Assembly (NCBI GenBank): GCA_054600435.1
Contig: BAAIJX010000010.1
Span: 124,001 to 188,000, forward strand
Direction of reading: 5' to 3'
DNA length: 64,000 bases
Origin: Neophaeotheca triangularis
Lineage: Eukaryota
The first letter of the stretch is position 1; each line of letters opens with the position of its first letter. A program made the translations under genes and the position numbers. The notes under the pieces are model-generated. The model had not been told where the DNA came from. It did not search any database and saw nothing but the letters and a program-made list of their open reading frames with translations. Of this stretch, positions 58,753-64,000 are shown piece after piece.

Positions 58753-60213
58753 ATGTCTCACAACGAGATCGTCGCCGCCAAGCAAGCTTTCCTGGAGAAG
58801 CTGCGCTCCGGAATGACTGAAGCCCAATACGAGAGCAGCAGAGAGCGCATCGAGCACGTCTTCGGCCTCTTCGTGGGCGCCATCGAGCACGGCGACGCTA
58901 CTGTACTCCAAGTAAGTCTTCTCCTGCACTGGCAACCTTTCAACCACTGACATCTCTCGATAGAACCTCATCGGCGCTGGAGACATGGTTCTTACCAACG
59001 AGGAGCGTATGAGCGCCCTCTTCGCCTACCTCGCCGCCGTTATCGGCCACAACACCACCCCCTCCCGGCGATGCAGCCTCCTAAGGTTCGCTCGCAATGC
59101 CCTGCAAATGGGTAACAAGCGCGGCCTCACCAGCCGCGCTTTGTCCGCACTATACGAAGGCTTGGTGAACCTAATACAGATCGCCGCCAAGGCCGACGCG
59201 GCCGTCGAAGCCGTCCGCAACGAGGTGGCCTCCTGGCGCGAAGAGCCATACTCCTCCAACGACGAGGAGATCACCGACATCTTGGAAAGTGCCAAGAGCC
59301 GTGCGGAGAGGGCCAAGGCCCCCGCACCCACCCACATGTCCTTTGCCTTGGGCAAAGGAACAAAGCGAAAGGCGCAAGAGCCTTTGCCGCGCCCTACCCG
59401 GCGCCACAATCCTCTGGGAGACCCAGAGGAAGACAACAAGAGGCGGGCTCTTGCGCCGGCCGCCAGAGGCCCCCGCGTGGTGTTTGGGGAGCCACCAAGG
59501 AGGCTGGGGGGGGTTCGGGGCCCCATGGTCCCTGGGTTTGCGGTCCGTGTGCGTCGTCGTGCGGAGGGAGGAGAGAGTGGTAAGTTACAACATTCATCTT
59601 GCCAAAGGATAACCACGCTACTGAAGAGTATATGCTAACAATCTTTACAGGACGACCAGGCCTCACGGCCAACGGCGCGGTGGTGGTGGCGGCGGAGGCG
59701 GGAGTGTCGCGCGCCCTTGCGGCGCACACCCCCCCTTCCAATGTCACCGCCACCGGTGACCTCGGGGAGCTCGTTCGTGCTGGGAACACGACATATTCAC
59801 AGTGGGGCTTCAGGCCCGCAACGCTCCCAGCGCGGGCGGAGCGTGACCGGTCGTTTGCTGGGGCTCGCGCCCAAAACCAGTTCGCCGCCAGTATGGCGGA
59901 CGCCACAGCGAGGGCGGCGGCCCTCGCTGCAAGCAGTCGTGCTGGCGGTGGTGCTGGCGGAGGGGCCCCTCCTCCCGGTGTTCGTGGCGGGTTTGCTGGG
60001 CGCGGTCGTGGTGGCGGTGGTGGCGGTGGTGGCGGAGCTTGCTTCTCGTGCGGTGGCTTCGGCCACCAAGCCAGAGATTGCCCCAGGGGGGGTAGGAGCC
60101 CCCCTGGGGGGCATGGGGGTTACCGTGGTCCTCGAGGGCCACCTCGTGGTCCCCCTCGCGGCCCTCCTCGCGGCGGGCATGGCGGGCGGTTTGGCGGTGG
60201 CAGGCGGTGGTGA
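58753..60213 (+). CDS. Hypothetical protein with C-terminal CCHC zinc knuckle and RGG/RGPP-rich tail, 3 exons
   Basis: ATG 58753. Introns 58912-58963 and 59580-59650 (GTAAGT donors, CTGAC/CTAAC branches) join three ORFs in frame. CFSCGGFGHQARDC. Confidence 0.8.
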
Positions 60214-61243
60214 GGGGTTGTTGCTTGTGCTGGGAGGGGAGTAGGGGGGTGAGGGGATGAGGGGTGGAGGAGAGAGGAGTGGCGTTTGTTTGCTGCTGGG
60301 GAGAGGAGTTTTGCTGGTGCTTGCCGCACCAATGTACTATACCACAGCACGGCGAGCATTTTGCGCGCCTGCATTGCGTGCGAGCGAGGGTGAAATCAAT
60401 TGAAAAAGTTTACGCGGCGACTATTGCTCCCTGATTGATCACGACCTGTTGAACGTGAATGATCCTGTTTGTAAACAGCTACCTTCGATGACACGTGAAT
60501 GATAGCATAACTAGACTGATGCGTATCAGCAACAGCCGCGAGACAGCGTCAAGAACCTCTTAGCCCAGCGTTACCCAGTGGCAAAAATGCCACGGCTCCC
60601 ATACACTCTCCGTCAAGACTCTCGCCTGCCCAGTAACAACGCCCGCCATCCCAACACCAGCAAGCACCAGTATGCCAAGCCCACACCTCGTCGACGCGGA
60701 CCCCTACCACGCTCTACCATGATCAAGAACACCCACTCAGCCATCACCCGCTCGCTGCCGTAGGCTCCAGACCCTTTCAAGCCATCCCCCACCACAAGCC
60801 TCATCTGAAGCCAGCCCACTCCCGTCACCTAAGCACTCACTCCGCCGTAGCCCTCGCGTTGACTCCCCCTATCACTCACCGTCTCCATTCATCTCGTTCT
60901 CCCGCTCTCCGTGCTACTGAAATATACCTTCCCAGCGATGACTCCCCCTCACCACTCTCCATCATCAACCCACACTCCGAACCGCGACGACTCTTACCCC
61001 AGCCCCTCACGGACTCTAGTAGTAGCTTAGTACGGGCGAGATGATCGACACCGTCGAAACCCGACTCCGGATGCAAAGACACGGGGATGCCTTCTCACTA
61101 GCGGTGAGGATAAAGCGTTTCAAGTAAATCTATACAAAAGGTAAACAGAATCGCTAATGCTCAAGCAAGGCCCACAACGCTCTATGCCCGCACAAGATGC
61201 CAGCAAACACAAAACAAGCCTCCATCCGACCAAACCACACCGA

Positions 61244-64000
61244 CTACCTTCTATTGAAATTCAAATACCTGCTCCCTAGGAACAAAAACACCAGATTACT
61301 GCCCACAAAAGCGAGCAAAATGCCAAAATCCCGCCATCGGGTGTCGAAGCTAATTTCCAGGGGTTCGTAGAACTGGTCGCCTATGCGGTAAGCGCAGTAC
61401 GAGCAGTCGCTGGTCTGGTTGTTGGTGATGTAGCCGGGGCCGCCCATTGAGAAGAAGTCGCTCATGTACTCGCCGCAGGTTTGGCCTGATGGCGCGGTGA
61501 ATTGGTTTAGTTCGCCTGGGGTGCATTCGACGGGAAGGTCGTGGAGTTCGGTTGAGACGAGGCCAGAGATGAGGCGGGTGAAGCTGTTGGAGGGGAGGGG
61601 GTTAGAGGGTGGTTGGGTTAAAATGAGAGGGATGGGGAAAACTTACGGGTCGAGCTCGTAAAGCCAGGCTCGCCAGAAGCCAGGGATGTTGGGTTTGGGG
61701 ATTGCGACGCCGCAGAAAAGGGCGAAGATGACGATGATGAAGGGGTTGAGCAGCATAGCGATGAAGGTTGAGGGGGTGAGGGCACTGATCATCTGTGCCA
61801 GGGTTACGGAGAAGACTTCGGTGACGAGGACGATGAGGAAGTTGTAGCCGGCTCGTGAGGAGTCCATTTGGAAGCCCGAGACGTAGTAGATGGGAAGGAA
61901 AAAGCCGACGGCGCAAAGTAGGCTGTAGGGCATTTCTGCGATGACCATAGAAAGCGCGAAAGGTAGTTGCCTGTACGTCTTTGATGCTGCTTCGCGGTAG
62001 TAGATGAGGCGGCTCATGTCGTACTTGGGCTCAACCTTAACGAGGGTATTAGTATTTAGACTACCGCTGAATCAAATGGCATATGTGTACGCACCTGTGC
62101 AAGAATAAGTGCAGGGAGTACAGTCGTCTGGAAAATGACAAAGACGCGGTATTGCAATGCGGACCGAGAGTTGTCAAGCTAGAAGACCGGGTTAGCATAG
62201 AGCATCGCAGGAAGAAGACCAGGACTACAAACCTGAAGGAACATCAGGCCAGTCAGCAGCGCAATCGTCACATGATTGAAGAACCTCGTAAAGCCATAGT
62301 TCGGCGCCCGCCAAAAAGCCTTCTGTTGACGAGCATTGACAACACGAATCTGATGCCACAGGGGCGTGGCAAATTCCTTTTGCTCAATCTGCGGTGTGTT
62401 ACCGCAATCCTCAGCACGTTGGCGTTTGATACGGGTGATTTCGTCCTTGGTGGCGGCCAGCTCGTCAGAGTCCCTCCATATCTCGCCCCAGTCCTTGTCG
62501 CCGATTCTCGGGGCTTGGCCCGCTCCAATGGCGTCGAGCATCCATTCTGCTGGGTTGGCGTCGTGAGGGCAGTGCGCGCCATACTTGCTGAAATAGGCGA
62601 GCAGAGTGCTGGCGTCGCGGCCGATGTCGCCGAAGTAGACGGTCTCGCCACCGCGCTGGAGGAGGAGCAGACGGTCGAAATTTTCGAACAGGGAGGCGTT
62701 GGGTTGATGGATGGTGCAAAGGATTGCTTGGCCTGCAGCAGAGAGTTTGCGCAAGAAGCGCACAATGTTGAAGGCCGACTGGCTGTCGAGTCCAGAGGTG
62801 GGTTCGTCGAGGAAAAGGAGTAGTTCTGGTTTGGCGGCCAGTTCGACACCGATGGTCACTCGCTTTCGCTGTTCGACGGCCAAGCCGGACTCTGGGTCGC
62901 CAATCACTGCGTCGGCCATATCTTCCATCTCCAACAAAGAGATGATCTCTTCGACATAGGCGTATTTCTCTTCGCGGCTGGTCTCGTAAGGTTGTCTAAG
63001 ATCGGCGGAAAACCTCAAAGCCTCTCGGACGGTGGCTGAAGCTTCGTGGACATCCAACTGCTCTGCGTAACTTGTTCCACGCTGAAAGGCCGTGCCAGGT
63101 GGAGAGCCATCTACCAACTTGTCGCCACTGATAACACCAATGTTCTTGCGAGAGGCTAAAACATCCAGCAGAGTCGTTTTACCAGCACCACTAGCTCCCA
63201 TCAAAGCAGTCAGCTGTCCAGGCTTTACGTATCCAAAGATGTTTTTTAAAAGCCGCAGCTGCCCAGAAGGCACTGGCACATCATAGCAAAGATCTTCCCA
63301 AGTTAAGACGGCTTCGGACTCGATTTTGAGGTCGGATCCAGCATCGCCGGCTTCTTTATTCAGTCGACGCTCTTTTCTTGCTTTCAATTCATCGTTGAGC
63401 TCCTTGAGTTCCTTGTCTTCCTTGGCGAAGAATGTGATTGTCTTTCCGCCAGCACCCCATTGGACGTACTCTCCGAGGGTGGTATTGGCTATGAGGAAAC
63501 CAATGATGAGCGCCACGATGATGCCAAAGTTGCGCCACAAGTCGCTTCTAGAGTACCTAAAACCGGCTTCAATGTAGCTGGTCCCTGCAACGATCGGTTC
63601 ACCGGGACTTGAGCCTTGCAAAGTACAGACTTGGTTCTCAATGTTGTAGTCGGCGTTACCAGTTAGGTCATACGGAATCAGGGATGTACCATCGCAGCTG
63701 AGATCTATCCTGCCGAACTCGTTGGCCATTAGAGCAGCGAAGCCAAGCCCAAGAGCGTTGATGTAGAAAATCCAACGCAGCCAGACTTGCTCCGACTGCC
63801 ATTGAATCAAATAGCCGGAAGTGAGCACGAAGAGCGTGATGATGACAGCCGCGAATTTCATAGCGTAATCAAAGTCTGGACAGAGACATCCGACGGTCCT
63901 GAAAAATAGTGTCATTGCGAGGTAGCCTGAGACGATGATAAGGTAGAAGGTGAAGAAGGCGCCAGCGTCCAACACGAGGCCGCACATGAAGTAGACAATG
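61244..64000 (-). CDS. ABCG/PDR-family multidrug ABC transporter (5' part outside window)
   Basis: GQLTALMGASGAGKTTLLD, EQRKRVTIGVEL, LLFLDEPTSGLD, LCTIHQP, NPAEWML, CSYCAY..GDQF, WRDFGI. Several 3' introns. Confidence 0.97.

Noticed and set aside
60578..61082. Short ORFs between the CCHC gene and the ABC transporter
   Set aside because: All under 75 aa with no motif; likely convergent 3' UTR/intergenic sequence.
43007..64000. Secondary-metabolite cluster (FPP synthase plus ABC transporter)
   Set aside because: No backbone or tailoring enzymes; intervening genes are housekeeping.

Overview
Gene-dense eukaryotic DNA with short GT-AG introns and CTAAC/CTGAC branch points. It is clearly a filamentous ascomycete; a Dothideomycete-like origin is my inference only. 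The window holds about 26 protein-coding genes, mostly housekeeping: mitochondrial bL19, SPE2, a GCP5-like gamma-tubulin complex subunit, a GT15 mannosyltransferase, an Mpp6-like protein, an S10 carboxypeptidase, PRP9, ribokinase, dephospho-CoA kinase, ADE6, TFIIIC tau95, PP2A B56, ERG20, CDC23, RNase T2, an Mmc1-like protein, HID1 and a partial PDR ABC transporter. It also holds one intron-containing tRNA-Pro(TGG). The most unusual structure is a 2644-nt first intron in HID1. That intron carries a degenerate 132-bp-period array whose units have antisense splice-site-like signals and a conserved 34-nt peptide-like core. Other leads are a possible ACG-initiated uORF plus GNRA hairpin in the SPE2 leader, an epoxide-hydrolase-fold protein that appears to lack its catalytic residues, a 1215-aa ORF that may be two genes switched by alternative donors 4 nt apart, a recurrent GGTAAGGTA promoter motif, an orphan CCHC/RGG protein, and a HExxH ORF missed by the ORF track. 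All family calls come from recognising motifs by eye; no searches were run.
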